NCBI GenBank assembly: GCA_007693485.1
Contig: REDM01000202.1
Coordinates: 16,141-80,140 of the forward strand
Direction: 5' to 3'
Length of the DNA stretch: 64,000 nucleotides
DNA from: Spirochaetaceae bacterium
GTDB lineage: Bacteria; Spirochaetota; Spirochaetia; DSM-27196; PWMO01
Part shown: in pieces, positions 1 through 9,258 of the stretch
Numbering within the stretch: the first letter of the stretch is position 1
How the letters are laid out: each line of letters starts with the position of its first letter
Made by a program: the position numbers and the translations under genes
The notes under the pieces: generated by a model
The model's input: only the letters and a program-made list of their open reading frames with translations
Databases searched by the model: none
Told to the model about the DNA's origin: nothing

Positions 1-1931
1 AGCGTAATTGATAGCGATCCACGGTTGGGGCGCGCGCCGCCGAGACCAAAGAAGCTCCGGTCCCCCGCCGATACGATGATGTCCTGATATCCCCGGATGT
101 CGTTTTTGGCGATCTCTTCGAGACGGAGCAGTGTGTCGCGTGTGACGTCAAGACTGGTGCCCAGCGGCATGGTCACCTGCAACTGTACGAAGTTGTCCTC
201 CTGCGACGGCGCAAACTCAAAGCCGATCACGCCGATCATGGCAACGCTGCCGCCGAAGAGCACGATGACAATCAGAAAGACCAGCCATCGGTGACTCAGG
301 GCAAATCCGAGAGCCCGCTTATAACCCCGGTCGAGGGCCCCGAAGCCTGCGTCCATGAAGTTGTCAAAGACCCGCCGCATGCCCACCAGCGGTCGCTGCT
401 TCTTGGTCTCGATGCGCATGTACCGGCTCGAGAGCACCGGGATCAGCAGCACCGCCACCAGCAGCGAAGCGGCAAGCGAGATCACAACCGTGAAGGCGAG
501 GCCCGAGAAGAGCTCTCCCACAAACCGCAGCTGGCGGCGAAAGACCGCAACCGGCAGAAAGACACAGATGGTGGTGAGGGTACTCGCCGTGATGGCGGTG
601 AGCATTTCCTGTGTACCGAGGATGGCACTGGTCGTCAGCTTGGAGCCCTTCTCGCGGTAACGATAGATGTTCTCCAGAATAACGATCGAGTTGTCCACCA
701 GCATGCCGATGCCGAGCGACAGACCGGTCAGGGTCATGATATTGAGGGTGAGTCCCGCGAAGTACATCAGCATCAGGGTGATGATGAGCGAGACCGGAAT
801 GGAGACGGCAATCACGAAGGTGGTACGAAAACTGCGCAGGAAGACGAAGAGCACCAGAACCGCAAAGATGGCACCCAGAATCGCCGACGACGAAACGTCG
901 CGTAGCGAGTCGCGAATGATCTCGGTGGTGTCGAGCACGACGCCGAGTTCCACCCCCTCGGGAAGGGCGGCGTTAATCGAGTCGAGGCGCTCGAGCACGT
1001 TGTCGGCGGTCTGCACCGAGTTGGTTCCGCTCTGACGCTGCACCGAAAGAATGACGCCCGACGAGCCGTTGATATAGACCGCGGTGTCTTCGCGACGGAA
1101 ATCATCAAAAACGTTGGCCACATCGCGCAGGCGAATCGGCTGCATCCCCGCCGGCGCACCGGGGCCCGCCCCCACCGCGTTGGCCGTCTGCCGCCACGAA
1201 ATGACGGTATCGCGGATCTCGTCGATGGTGCGAAACTCCCCGGCGGTCCGCACAAGGTAGTTAGTGTTGCCCTCGGTGATCCGGCCACCGGCCACCTGCA
1301 CGTTCTGGGAGCGCAGCGCCTGCGAGATCTGCGTCAGGGTGAGACCGTACGCTTCGAGTCGGTCCTGCGGCACCTCAACGCGCACCGCGCGATCCCGGCC
1401 GCCGCTCACGGATGCCAGCGCCACACCGTCGATCTGTTCGAGGCGTGGCTGGATGACGTCTTCGGCGAGCTGCCGCAGCTCTTCGGCGGAGCGGTTTCCC
1501 GAGACCTGCATGGTCATGATGGGAAACTGTGACGGATCAAACTTGAAGATCTGCGGCGACCGCACACCCGTGGGAAGCACGTCGCGCACAAACTCCAGCC
1601 GGTCACGCACCTCGTTGGACGCCTCGCTCATGTCGGTCCCCCAGGCGAACTCGATGCTCACCTGGCTGAATCCCTCCGACGAAAACGAGGTGATCTGCTC
1701 GATATTGCTGACGTTACTGAGCTGGCTCTCCAGCACCCGGGTAACGCTGCGCTCGACCTCTTCGGGTCCGGCACCGTCGTAGTTAGTGAGCACCACCAGA
1801 AAGGGCGCATCGATCTCGGGAAAGAGGTCGATGGCAAGATCGGACGCGGTATAGAGGCCAAATCCAACCAGCAGCGCAAAGACAATGAACAGGGTGGTGG
1901 GCTTGCCAACCACCGTCTTGGTCAGGCTCAT
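1..1931 (-). CDS. RND (HAE1/AcrB-type) efflux permease, N-terminal ~643 codons; C-terminus lies beyond the window start
   Basis: Absent from the ORF track because it runs off the edge. My translation of the minus strand from ATG 1931..1929 reads MSLTKTVVGKPTTLFIVFALLVGFGLYTASDLAIDLFPEIDAPFLVVLTNYDGAGPEEVERSVTRVLE... and I saw no in-frame stop down to position 1. It includes the typical AcrB TM region GLSLGIGMLVDNSIVILENI. ATGA overlap with the adaptor stop (1928-1931). Confidence 0.9.
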   Translation of the reverse strand, partial: MSLTKTVVGKPTTLFIVFALLVGFGLYTASDLAIDLFPEIDAPFLVVLTNYDGAGPEEVERSVTRVLESQLSNVSNIEQITSFSSEGFSQVSIEFAWGTDMSEASNEVRDRLEFVRDVLPTGVRSPQIFKFDPSQFPIMTMQVSGNRSAEELRQLAEDVIQPRLEQIDGVALASVSGGRDRAVRVEVPQDRLEAYGLTLTQISQALRSQNVQVAGGRITEGNTNYLVRTAGEFRTIDEIRDTVISWRQTANAVGAGPGAPAGMQPIRLRDVANVFDDFRREDTAVYINGSSGVILSVQRQSGTNSVQTADNVLERLDSINAALPEGVELGVVLDTTEIIRDSLRDVSSSAILGAIFAVLVLFVFLRSFRTTFVIAVSIPVSLIITLMLMYFAGLTLNIMTLTGLSLGIGMLVDNSIVILENIYRYREKGSKLTTSAILGTQEMLTAITASTLTTICVFLPVAVFRRQLRFVGELFSGLAFTVVISLAASLLVAVLLIPVLSSRYMRIETKKQRPLVGMRRVFDNFMDAGFGALDRGYKRALGFALSHRWLVFLIVIVLFGGSVAMIGVIGFEFAPSQEDNFVQLQVTMPLGTSLDVTRDTLLRLEEIAKNDIRGYQDIIVSAGDRSFFGLGGARPNRGSLSIT

Positions 1932-2899
1932 GAGCGGCTCCTCTCTTCGCTCGCGTCACGCCGCTCGATTACCCGAACAAGCGCTCCGTCCTCCAACAGG
2001 CTCTGTCCCTGGTAAACCGCCTCCTCACCCGCACGCAATCCTTCGACGATCTCGGCGCGACCGTCGATCTCGATTCCCACGCGCACCGAGCGTCGCTCGA
2101 CGTGCTCGCCGTCATCGCGCAGTACAAAAATGAAGGTCTCCCCCATGCGTCGCACGATGGTGGTCGATGGCACCACAACCACCCCTTCGCGCTGCTGCGT
2201 GATCAGCTGTACCTTGGCAAACATTCCCGGCCTGATCCGCGCGTCGCGGCGGTTCAGCGTCAGCTTCAGACCAAGAGTGCGCGTCTGCGTGTCGAGCACC
2301 GGGCTCACCTCGGTGACCCGTGCGGCAAAGGTTTCGCCGGGAAAGGCATCAAACCGCACGGTAGCGGGCATCCCAAGGCTCATGCGGGACACAAAGCGTT
2401 CGGCCACCGCGGTACGAATTTCGAGCTCATCGGTACGGGCGATACGCGCGATCGGCGAACCGGTCCCCACCATTGATCCAACCGAGACCGGCAACGCAAT
2501 TACGGTTCCCGAGATTGTTGCCCGAACGGGACTGGGTGCGAAGGTCTGGCCCGGGCGCGACCGGTCGACCTCGCCAATCACCTGGTCCACCTGCACTCGT
2601 TCTCCAATACGGACGTGAAGTCGCCGCAATTCGCCGGCCACATCGGCAAAGACATCGACGCTCGTCACGGGATGTACGTCTCCGTTCACCCGGATGTAAT
2701 CGGCTATCGAGCCTTCGCGCACGACCGTGGTGTTGACCGCAAAGGCGGTCCGCGTCACCCCGTTTTCGCCGTTCGCGCCGTCTTCGGCTCCGGCTTCCGG
2801 TCGCCCACCGCAGCCGGCGAGGGCCACCGCGACCACGAGCGAAACCGCGACCGTCATCGCCGCGCCCCGGATGGATCGCATTCTCTTCTGTGTCTTCAT
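1928..2899 (-). CDS. RND efflux periplasmic adaptor (membrane fusion protein, HlyD family) lipoprotein
   Basis: 323-aa ORF with a signal peptide and lipobox (VALAGC). MFP-like barrel-sandwich/beta-barrel pattern (VDVFADVAGELRRLHVRIGERV..., GMFAKVQL). 4-nt overlaps with both neighbours. Confidence 0.88.
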   Translation of the reverse strand: MKTQKRMRSIRGAAMTVAVSLVVAVALAGCGGRPEAGAEDGANGENGVTRTAFAVNTTVVREGSIADYIRVNGDVHPVTSVDVFADVAGELRRLHVRIGERVQVDQVIGEVDRSRPGQTFAPSPVRATISGTVIALPVSVGSMVGTGSPIARIARTDELEIRTAVAERFVSRMSLGMPATVRFDAFPGETFAARVTEVSPVLDTQTRTLGLKLTLNRRDARIRPGMFAKVQLITQQREGVVVVPSTTIVRRMGETFIFVLRDDGEHVERRSVRVGIEIDGRAEIVEGLRAGEEAVYQGQSLLEDGALVRVIERRDASEERSRS

Positions 2900-4302
2900 C
2901 GATTCACTCCCTGCAACTCTTCGGTTGTCATGTTCAGGATGTACCGCAGGTCGAGCAGGGCCTGGATGTAATCCAGCTTGCCCTGCAGCACCTGCAGTTG
3001 CGCGGTCTGCAACTCCTGCTCCGCGTTTCTCAGTTCCAGCAGTTCCCGGGTTCCGGCGGCGTACGCCTGCTGCGCGAGCTCAAAGGCGCGCTGAGCGAGC
3101 CGCTCGTTTCGTTCTCGGTTGGCGATGGTTGACTGCAGCTGCTCCAGGCGGGCGACCAGGTTGCGAACCTGCAGCTCAAGCCCCCGCATGGTGGCGGTGT
3201 AGGCAACCCGCGTGTCGGCAAGGTCGGTCTCCAGATTGGCGATTCGCGTTCGCGTGGGAGACGAGGGCAGAAACCCGTCGAGCGGCTGGGTGAGCGTAAT
3301 GGAGAAGACACCCCGGTCGTTCCAGTCGTTCGATACATCGGCGAAGAGCGGATCGCCGAAGGGATCGCGGGTGAACTGCGGATTCACGCTATAGCGAAAC
3401 GTCAGATTGGGATAGAAACCGCGGGTCTGCGGGTCCCCGCCCGACTTCGCCAGTTGAATCAGGTTCTCGATCTGTCGCTGAGCCTCGCCGATACGGGCGA
3501 TCGCCGTTGCGTGCGGAAGCCCCGCGGCCACCAGCTGCTCGACGTTCAGCGTGATTGGCTCCACCTCGATGCGCCCCTGCAGGTCGAGCACCGTGGTCAG
3601 CGGCAGGCCGAGTTCGCGATTGAAGTCGCGTCGCGCCGCGAGCTGCTGATTCACCAGCGCGTCGAGGTCGGGACGCTGGTTCTCGTAGGAGACCTCTTCG
3701 GCCAGCAGAGTAAACTCGTCCACGAGTCCGTTGCGGTAGTTGACCCGCGTCTGTTCGAGGCGTGCGGCGGCGATCTCGAGGGCACGACGTCGCAGCGCCA
3801 CCTGCTCATCCAGCACCAGCAGCGCGAAGAAGGTCTTGCGCACGTCGCGCTCGATCCGGTTGCGCGCGTCGACGATATCGATCAGGCCCGACTCGTAGTC
3901 AAAGCGGGCGGCACGGATGCCGTAGATGGAGCCCAGGTTCAGGTTGAGCATCGCGGAGACCTCGGCTTGCAGGTTCCACTGCGACGCCACCTGGCCTGGG
4001 GCCGTCGGAGGTAATTCGTTCGGCCGTGCTATGGTTGTGCCCGCGCTGATCTGCGGGATGAAGCGGTTCCACGCGGTGTCCCGGGTGCGTCGCCGTTTCT
4101 CCAGGCCGAGCATCTCGGACTCAATCTCGAGGTTGCTGCGCAGAGCAATCTGCACGGCGTCTTCGACGGTCATCAGTCGCGTCTCGGCACTCACCCTCGC
4201 GGCGTTGGCTTCTCGGGTGGGCGCTTCCTGCGCTCCCATCTCAGCCGGAGTCGCGATGATCACTGCGAAGAGCAGACCGGTGAAGAGATAGATCGGTTTC
4301 AT
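2896..4302 (-). CDS. TolC-family outer membrane efflux protein
   Basis: 468-aa ORF with an N-terminal signal sequence and two tandem OEP-type repeats with long coiled-coil segments. First structural gene of the efflux operon. ATGA overlap with tetR (4299-4302). Confidence 0.85.
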   Translation of the reverse strand: MKPIYLFTGLLFAVIIATPAEMGAQEAPTREANAARVSAETRLMTVEDAVQIALRSNLEIESEMLGLEKRRRTRDTAWNRFIPQISAGTTIARPNELPPTAPGQVASQWNLQAEVSAMLNLNLGSIYGIRAARFDYESGLIDIVDARNRIERDVRKTFFALLVLDEQVALRRRALEIAAARLEQTRVNYRNGLVDEFTLLAEEVSYENQRPDLDALVNQQLAARRDFNRELGLPLTTVLDLQGRIEVEPITLNVEQLVAAGLPHATAIARIGEAQRQIENLIQLAKSGGDPQTRGFYPNLTFRYSVNPQFTRDPFGDPLFADVSNDWNDRGVFSITLTQPLDGFLPSSPTRTRIANLETDLADTRVAYTATMRGLELQVRNLVARLEQLQSTIANRERNERLAQRAFELAQQAYAAGTRELLELRNAEQELQTAQLQVLQGKLDYIQALLDLRYILNMTTEELQGVNR

Positions 4303-5603
4303 TCGTCTCCTTCCTTTTGTGAGGCACCCTGCGTCACGGGGTGCCGGTGTTCCTCGCCTTGGACGGCGGCGCCGGTTGAGGTGCCCGGGCCGATTCCGTG
4401 CGTGACGGTTTGGTAGAGGTCGCGGGTAAACGCAAGCACCTCATTCTCGTTTTCTCGCGACAGCCCGCGATCGGCGATGCCGCGATACATCAGAATGCTG
4501 AACAGCGCCACGGTCTCGATAACCTCTTTGCGCCGCTTCGGGTTCTGGCTGAGCTTCAGGCGACGGCGGACGAAGTCAACCGTCGCGAGAATCTGTTGTT
4601 CGTCGTGGACGGTATCGGGAACCCGGACCCGTTGAGCGGTGAGCCAGTCCGAGAAGACCAGCAGGCTGCGATTGTTCAAGAAGTAGGTCACCATGGTGAC
4701 GAGGTAGCAGTAGAGCATCTCCGAGAACCGCGAAAGCTGCTCAACCCGGGCGGCAAAGAGGGAACGCATATGGCGTCGCTCGCGATTGAGCGCTTCCAGC
4801 AGCATCGCGTCCTTGTTTTCGAAGTAGAAGTAGAGGCTGCTTTTGGTCATGCCCAGAGCTCGGGCGATGCGATCCATGGAGGCGGCTTCGAAACCCACTT
4901 CCTGTACCACCTGCTCCACCGCGGCAAAGATCCGGTTTGGTTCCAGCATCTCCGAGGGATCAACAACGGCAACGCGCTCCACCTCCGCAAAGTCAATGGG
5001 AATGCGTGCGTGCGGAAAGTGACCGTTGAGGCAGAGCCCTACCGTGTGCGCAACCCGCCGTTCGCGGGAACGAGCCCCCGCGGGTTCACCGCGCAGCACA
5101 CCCATCGGCGTCCAGAAATCGAACGCGGTCCAGACGACGATGTGTACGTGCATGAAGAGCATCAGGAGGTCGATCTGCGTCCGCGGCAGCGAAGGATCGA
5201 GATGCGGAAGCACCCGGTTACCGATCTCATTGCCAATGGCATAAAACCGGCCGGCGACCTCGGGCGGTCCGGGCAGGAGACGCATGACGAGAAAGAGATA
5301 GTAGTGAGGCGTGTCGGCGAACATGCGGTAGACGCCGTCGGCGTATCGAGTGACGATCTCGGAAAGCGATGCATCCTCCGGCAGCACACACACGCCGTCA
5401 CGAATCTGCGCGTACGCTGCCAGAAAGCGCTCGGTCAGCTCGTCGAGCAGCGCCTCTTTGTTGCGAAAATGGCGATAGAGTGCCTGCTTGGTGATGCCCA
5501 GCCGCTGAGCCACAAGGTTCAAGCTTGTGCTGGTGAAATGAGTCTCGCCCCACGCAGCAAACGCCGCGGAAACGATCTCATCGCGTTTCGTTGGATTATT
5601 CAA
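4299..5603 (-). CDS. Tandem (double) TetR-family transcriptional regulator, two TetR modules in one chain
   Basis: 434 aa, about twice normal TetR length. Two separate TetR_N helix-turn-helix signatures: aa ~26-49 TSLNLVAQRLGITKQALYRHFRNK and aa ~241-264 ASMDRIARALGMTKSSLYFYFENK. Each is followed by ~170 aa of helical ligand-domain-like sequence. Confidence 0.85.
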   Translation of the reverse strand: MNNPTKRDEIVSAAFAAWGETHFTSTSLNLVAQRLGITKQALYRHFRNKEALLDELTERFLAAYAQIRDGVCVLPEDASLSEIVTRYADGVYRMFADTPHYYLFLVMRLLPGPPEVAGRFYAIGNEIGNRVLPHLDPSLPRTQIDLLMLFMHVHIVVWTAFDFWTPMGVLRGEPAGARSRERRVAHTVGLCLNGHFPHARIPIDFAEVERVAVVDPSEMLEPNRIFAAVEQVVQEVGFEAASMDRIARALGMTKSSLYFYFENKDAMLLEALNRERRHMRSLFAARVEQLSRFSEMLYCYLVTMVTYFLNNRSLLVFSDWLTAQRVRVPDTVHDEQQILATVDFVRRRLKLSQNPKRRKEVIETVALFSILMYRGIADRGLSRENENEVLAFTRDLYQTVTHGIGPGTSTGAAVQGEEHRHPVTQGASQKEGDE

Positions 5604-5648
5604 TGTTGTGCATCCTTACCAGAAACCAACCGTACCGGCTGCATAAAG

Positions 5649-5711
5649 TTACCGAACGATCGTTAACATGAGATTAGCAAATGAACGAACGGTCGTCAAC
5701 ATATTCGGTAA
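5649..5711. promoter_or_regulatory. Candidate operator pair in the tetR / DUF212 divergent intergenic region
   Basis: Two direct copies of a 17-nt motif, CGAACGATCGTTAACAT (5653-5669) and CGAACGGTCGTCAACAT (5686-5702), 15/17 identical and 33 bp apart. The first copy contains the perfect palindrome AACGATCGTT. The pair is bracketed by the inverted 8-mers TTACCGAA (5649-5656) and TTCGGTAA (5704-5711). An AT-rich palindrome GAAAATTTTC lies at 5721-5730. Confidence 0.4.
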
Positions 5712-5819
5712 AAATTTCTTGAAAATTTTCGAAAATGCTCTGTGCTTTCAACCATCTTGCCGCAGAGACCACGGAAGAGTAGAGTATCCGCATTCCGTCA
5801 CTACCCGAGAGGACCATCC

Positions 5820-6260
5820 ATGAGAATGCTCGCTCCGTCGCTTCTGGTTGCGCTTGGGGCTCAGGTTGCGTGCCAGCTGTTCAAGGTTGCCTTCTACTCC
5901 GTGCGCGAGCGCCGGTTTGCGCCCCGCTACTTTGTGTCCGCCGGAGGAATACCCAGCGCTCACTCTGCCTTCGTTACGGCGCTCTCCGTGTCGGTGGGGA
6001 TGCGATCGGGGTTTGCATCAGACATGTTTGCGATCAGTGCGGTGTTTTCGTTCATCGTAATGTACGATGCGTTTCGGCTGCGCGGGCAGGTGGAGGAACA
6101 CGCACGCCGGATCAACGCGATGCAGCGCGACGCCGCACGCGAGCGAGATTCCGGGGATCCGCCACTCAACGAAATGGTTGGTCATTCGCTGCCGGAGATT
6201 GCCGTGGGCATTGCAACAGGAAGCGTAGTGGCGATTCTCGCCGCGGCACTGATGAGGTGA
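5820..6260 (+). CDS. DUF212 / YuiD-type membrane protein (acid phosphatase/vanadium haloperoxidase-related)
   Basis: Family signature GGIPSAHSAFVTALSVSVG...FAISAVFSFIVMYDAFRLR. I place the start at MRMLAPSLLV (5820) rather than the ORF-track start 5742, leaving a 216-bp promoter region. Confidence 0.8.
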   Translation: MRMLAPSLLVALGAQVACQLFKVAFYSVRERRFAPRYFVSAGGIPSAHSAFVTALSVSVGMRSGFASDMFAISAVFSFIVMYDAFRLRGQVEEHARRINAMQRDAARERDSGDPPLNEMVGHSLPEIAVGIATGSVVAILAAALMR

Positions 6261-6262
6261 GG

Positions 6263-6973
6263 TCAGAACAGTTCGTAGTGGCGGATTTCGTCGACGTCCA
6301 TGCGGACGTGCACGGATGCGTGGTAGGCGCCGGAGAGAATCCAGATGCGCGGAGGCGCGGCGAGTACCACCCGCCCGTGCGCTGCGGCCGGTTTGTTGGG
6401 TGACATCACGCGCAGTCGCTCCCGCACCGCCATACGGACCGCGTCCTCAACGGCGAGCTGCTTCTGCTCTACACCGGGCCAAAGAGAGACCTGCCCGGTT
6501 CCCGCGGAACGAGACACCGAGCGACTCTGCCATGCGGCATGCCGCCGCGCCTGGTGATCCACCATAACGTACTGAATCTGCGCCAGATGGCGCCCCCCCT
6601 CCTGGCGGGTCGCGAGTACCGTGAGCTCCGGGTCACCCCACGGAATGGAAGCGATGGGCTCGAGGGTGAACTGTTCCTCCACCCCGCGACGGCGATCAAA
6701 CGGGGTGTAACTGAACCGGTACCCGTAGATCATGCCCGAAAAGGTCCACTGAGCCTCCGCGAGCATCTGCCGGACCACCGCCTCGCGACGGGCAGCAAAA
6801 TCAGCATCAGGGCGTACCGTTGGCTGCAGTTCTGCCCAGAACTCGGCCACCAGGCGGTTCTCGGCGGTGTGGGCGAACCCCGCGCCGTACAGAGCGAACG
6901 CAATCAGAAGAACGCACCGCGCGAGGATGGAACAGAGGCGATTCTGGGTCTTCAGGAACCGGTTGGCCGACAT
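6263..6973 (-). CDS. Hypothetical exported protein
   Basis: 236-aa ORF with a hydrophobic N-terminal signal-like segment (CVLLIAFALYGAGFA). No family recognised. Composition looks coding. Convergent with the DUF212 gene (2-nt gap). Confidence 0.55.
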   Translation of the reverse strand: MSANRFLKTQNRLCSILARCVLLIAFALYGAGFAHTAENRLVAEFWAELQPTVRPDADFAARREAVVRQMLAEAQWTFSGMIYGYRFSYTPFDRRRGVEEQFTLEPIASIPWGDPELTVLATRQEGGRHLAQIQYVMVDHQARRHAAWQSRSVSRSAGTGQVSLWPGVEQKQLAVEDAVRMAVRERLRVMSPNKPAAAHGRVVLAAPPRIWILSGAYHASVHVRMDVDEIRHYELF

Positions 6974-7037
6974 CTGTTGAGAGTATCGGCCGATTAACGG
7001 TGAGGTTTGATCAGCGGTGGCTTGGTGAGGGGCGGAG

Positions 7038-7688
7038 CTATCGCCTCAGATCGTCGATGAAGACGCGAATCGGGTTGATCCCGAAACGAATCCAGAAATA
7101 GAGGAAGGCAAAGAGGAACCCCGCCAGGTGGGTAAGGTGCGCGACGTTGCCCCGTCGCCCCGATATCTGAGAAATGAGCTCCAGCACGGTGTAGCCCATG
7201 ACCAGAATGGGGGCCCGAACCGGGATGATCCCGAAGATGTAAATCATGGCGGTGGGAAAGAGCGTGGCAAACGCCAGCAGTACGCCAAAGATCGCCCCCG
7301 ATGCACCAACCAGAAACACCATGTAGTTTCCGCCAAACCAGTAGAACGCGAGTGAGAACAACCCGGCCAACGTTCCCACCACAAGGTAGAACATCAGAAA
7401 CTCCCAGCTCCCAAGTCGCTGCTCCACCTGGGTGCCGAAGAAGAAGAGCCCGATCATGTTAAAGAAGATGTGCGACATTCCGCCGTGCACAAACATGTAC
7501 GTTACGACCTGCCACCAGTAGTTCCCGTGCACCACGAAGACCGGGTTCATCGCCAGATAGCGCCAGACGTTGGGCGACAGCGTGGTGAGGAAGAACACCA
7601 GAAAGTTGATACCGATGAGAATGAAGGAGATGTTGTACTCCCGGTACCGAAGCGGCGTGCGCAAAAACGAGCGACCTGACATTCGCAT
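7038..7688 (-). CDS. Rhomboid-family intramembrane serine protease
   Basis: Multi-TM protein with rhomboid motifs: HGGMSHIFFNM, catalytic GASGAIFG and the downstream His (VAHLTHLAGF). The ORF track starts at 7760. I prefer ATG 7688 (MRMSGRSF) because it leaves an intergenic region. Start is uncertain. Confidence 0.82.
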   Translation of the reverse strand: MRMSGRSFLRTPLRYREYNISFILIGINFLVFFLTTLSPNVWRYLAMNPVFVVHGNYWWQVVTYMFVHGGMSHIFFNMIGLFFFGTQVEQRLGSWEFLMFYLVVGTLAGLFSLAFYWFGGNYMVFLVGASGAIFGVLLAFATLFPTAMIYIFGIIPVRAPILVMGYTVLELISQISGRRGNVAHLTHLAGFLFAFLYFWIRFGINPIRVFIDDLRR

Positions 7689-7801
7689 AATGTACGGTCT
7701 ATCGTGACCGCCGGTCAACCTTTTACCATGGTTGCACGATCGTATCACTTTCGGGGCCAAGCTTGCGAAACCGGCGCGAACTCCGTATGCTATGTCCCAC
7801 T

Positions 7802-8632
7802 ATGAGTACCGCGAAACTCTCCGTTCACGATTCCGGCGAGCCCAAAACGCCCGCGATCATCTTCCTCAACGGCTTTCTCACCAACCACTCAATGTGGACG
7901 GCAGTGATCGCCCACCTCGGCGATGCCGCCCGCTGCATCACCTACGATCTGCGCGGCTTTGGCGAGAACCAGGCGGGGGATCCGGTTGTTTCGGTGGAAG
8001 GGCATACCAGCGACCTGATGAGCGTAGTCGACCAGTGTGGTGTCGAGCGACCGCTGCTCTGCGGCCACTCCCTCGGAGGGCTGGTCGCGCTGCGGGCTGC
8101 GGCCCGCGACCGTGAGCGCTTTGCCGGCCTTGTTGTCTGCGGCGCCCACGCGAAAAGCCCATCCGACGATGAACGGTTACAGTGGGCCGGGTGGATGACC
8201 CGCGCGGACGGCCTTGGGCCCGCGCGCTTCGCCAACCAATACCTCGAGACCGCCCTGTCGCAGGATACCATCGACCAACCAGATTCTCCGTTCGATCGCC
8301 TCGTGGACGAAGCGGCTGCACAGAGCATCATCGCGAGCAAGGCGGCGCTCCTTGCGATGATGGCCCGCGTCGACGCCCTTGCCCCACTCGAACGACAACC
8401 GGTCCCGTTGCTCATCACGGGGGGTGCAGAGGACCGTTTCACGCCTCCGGAGGCGCTCCTTCGCATGGGGCTCGGCATCGAGGGCGCGCAGTTTGTGCGC
8501 GTTCCCCATGCGGGACACCTTGCGCCGGTCGATAACCCAGAGTTCTTTGCCAACGCCCTCCTTCGCTTTCTGCAGAGCGAACCGGTGACCACGCGGCTGC
8601 CGCAGATACCCCGCTCGCGGAAAAAGCGGTGA
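7802..8632 (+). CDS. Alpha/beta-fold hydrolase
   Basis: PAIIFLNGF oxyanion region, nucleophile elbow GHSLGG, C-terminal HAGHL. The ORF-track start 7763 is a TTG. In-frame ATGs occur at 7787 and 7802, and I chose MSTAKLSVHDSG. Start is uncertain. Confidence 0.8.
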   Translation: MSTAKLSVHDSGEPKTPAIIFLNGFLTNHSMWTAVIAHLGDAARCITYDLRGFGENQAGDPVVSVEGHTSDLMSVVDQCGVERPLLCGHSLGGLVALRAAARDRERFAGLVVCGAHAKSPSDDERLQWAGWMTRADGLGPARFANQYLETALSQDTIDQPDSPFDRLVDEAAAQSIIASKAALLAMMARVDALAPLERQPVPLLITGGAEDRFTPPEALLRMGLGIEGAQFVRVPHAGHLAPVDNPEFFANALLRFLQSEPVTTRLPQIPRSRKKR

Positions 8633-9258
8633 GCGGAGATCGCAGCCGCCCCGATCACTACAGTCGCCGCGCGAAGCAGGAGGGGTACCAGGCCCGCTCG
8701 GTGTACAAGCTGCAGGAGATTCAGCAGCGATTCCGCCTGATTCGTGCCGGCAACCGGGTTCTCGATCTGGGTGCCGCTCCCGGCAGCTGGAGTCGATTTC
8801 TGCTTCGTGCCGTGGGTACGGGAGGATCGGTGGTTGCCGGCGACCTCGGAGTCATTGAGCTTCCGCCCGATCCGCGACTGGAACTCCTGCAACTGGATAT
8901 TCTGGGCGAGGACTTCCCCGCTGAGGTGGAGCGTCGCGGGCCATTTGACGCGGTAGTCAGTGACGCGGCTCCGGCGACCACCGGCGGGAGGGTGCTGGAC
9001 ACCGCGCGGTCGGCGGCGCTGGTCGAAGCGATTGTGGCGGCCCTTCCCCGCTGCCTGCGTCCCGGCGGAAATCTGGCGGTGAAGATCTTTCAGGGGGGCG
9101 AGGAACAGGAGCTGCTCCGTTCGCTTCGGCAGACGTTTGATTCGGCCCGGGCGTTCAAACCCAAGGCGTGCCGCTCTGAATCGTTCGAAACCTACCTCGT
9201 TGGAGTTGGGTTCCGGGGCGAGTCAGAGCGCGAACAACGCGATATACTCCCGGTATGA
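8629..9258 (+). CDS. rlmE: 23S rRNA 2'-O-ribose (U2552) methyltransferase RlmE/FtsJ
   Basis: DHYSRRAKQEGYQARSVYKLQEI... and the SAM motif VLDLGAAPGSWS. GTG start in a GTGA overlap with the hydrolase stop. Confidence 0.88.
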   Translation: MSGDRSRPDHYSRRAKQEGYQARSVYKLQEIQQRFRLIRAGNRVLDLGAAPGSWSRFLLRAVGTGGSVVAGDLGVIELPPDPRLELLQLDILGEDFPAEVERRGPFDAVVSDAAPATTGGRVLDTARSAALVEAIVAALPRCLRPGGNLAVKIFQGGEEQELLRSLRQTFDSARAFKPKACRSESFETYLVGVGFRGESEREQRDILPV

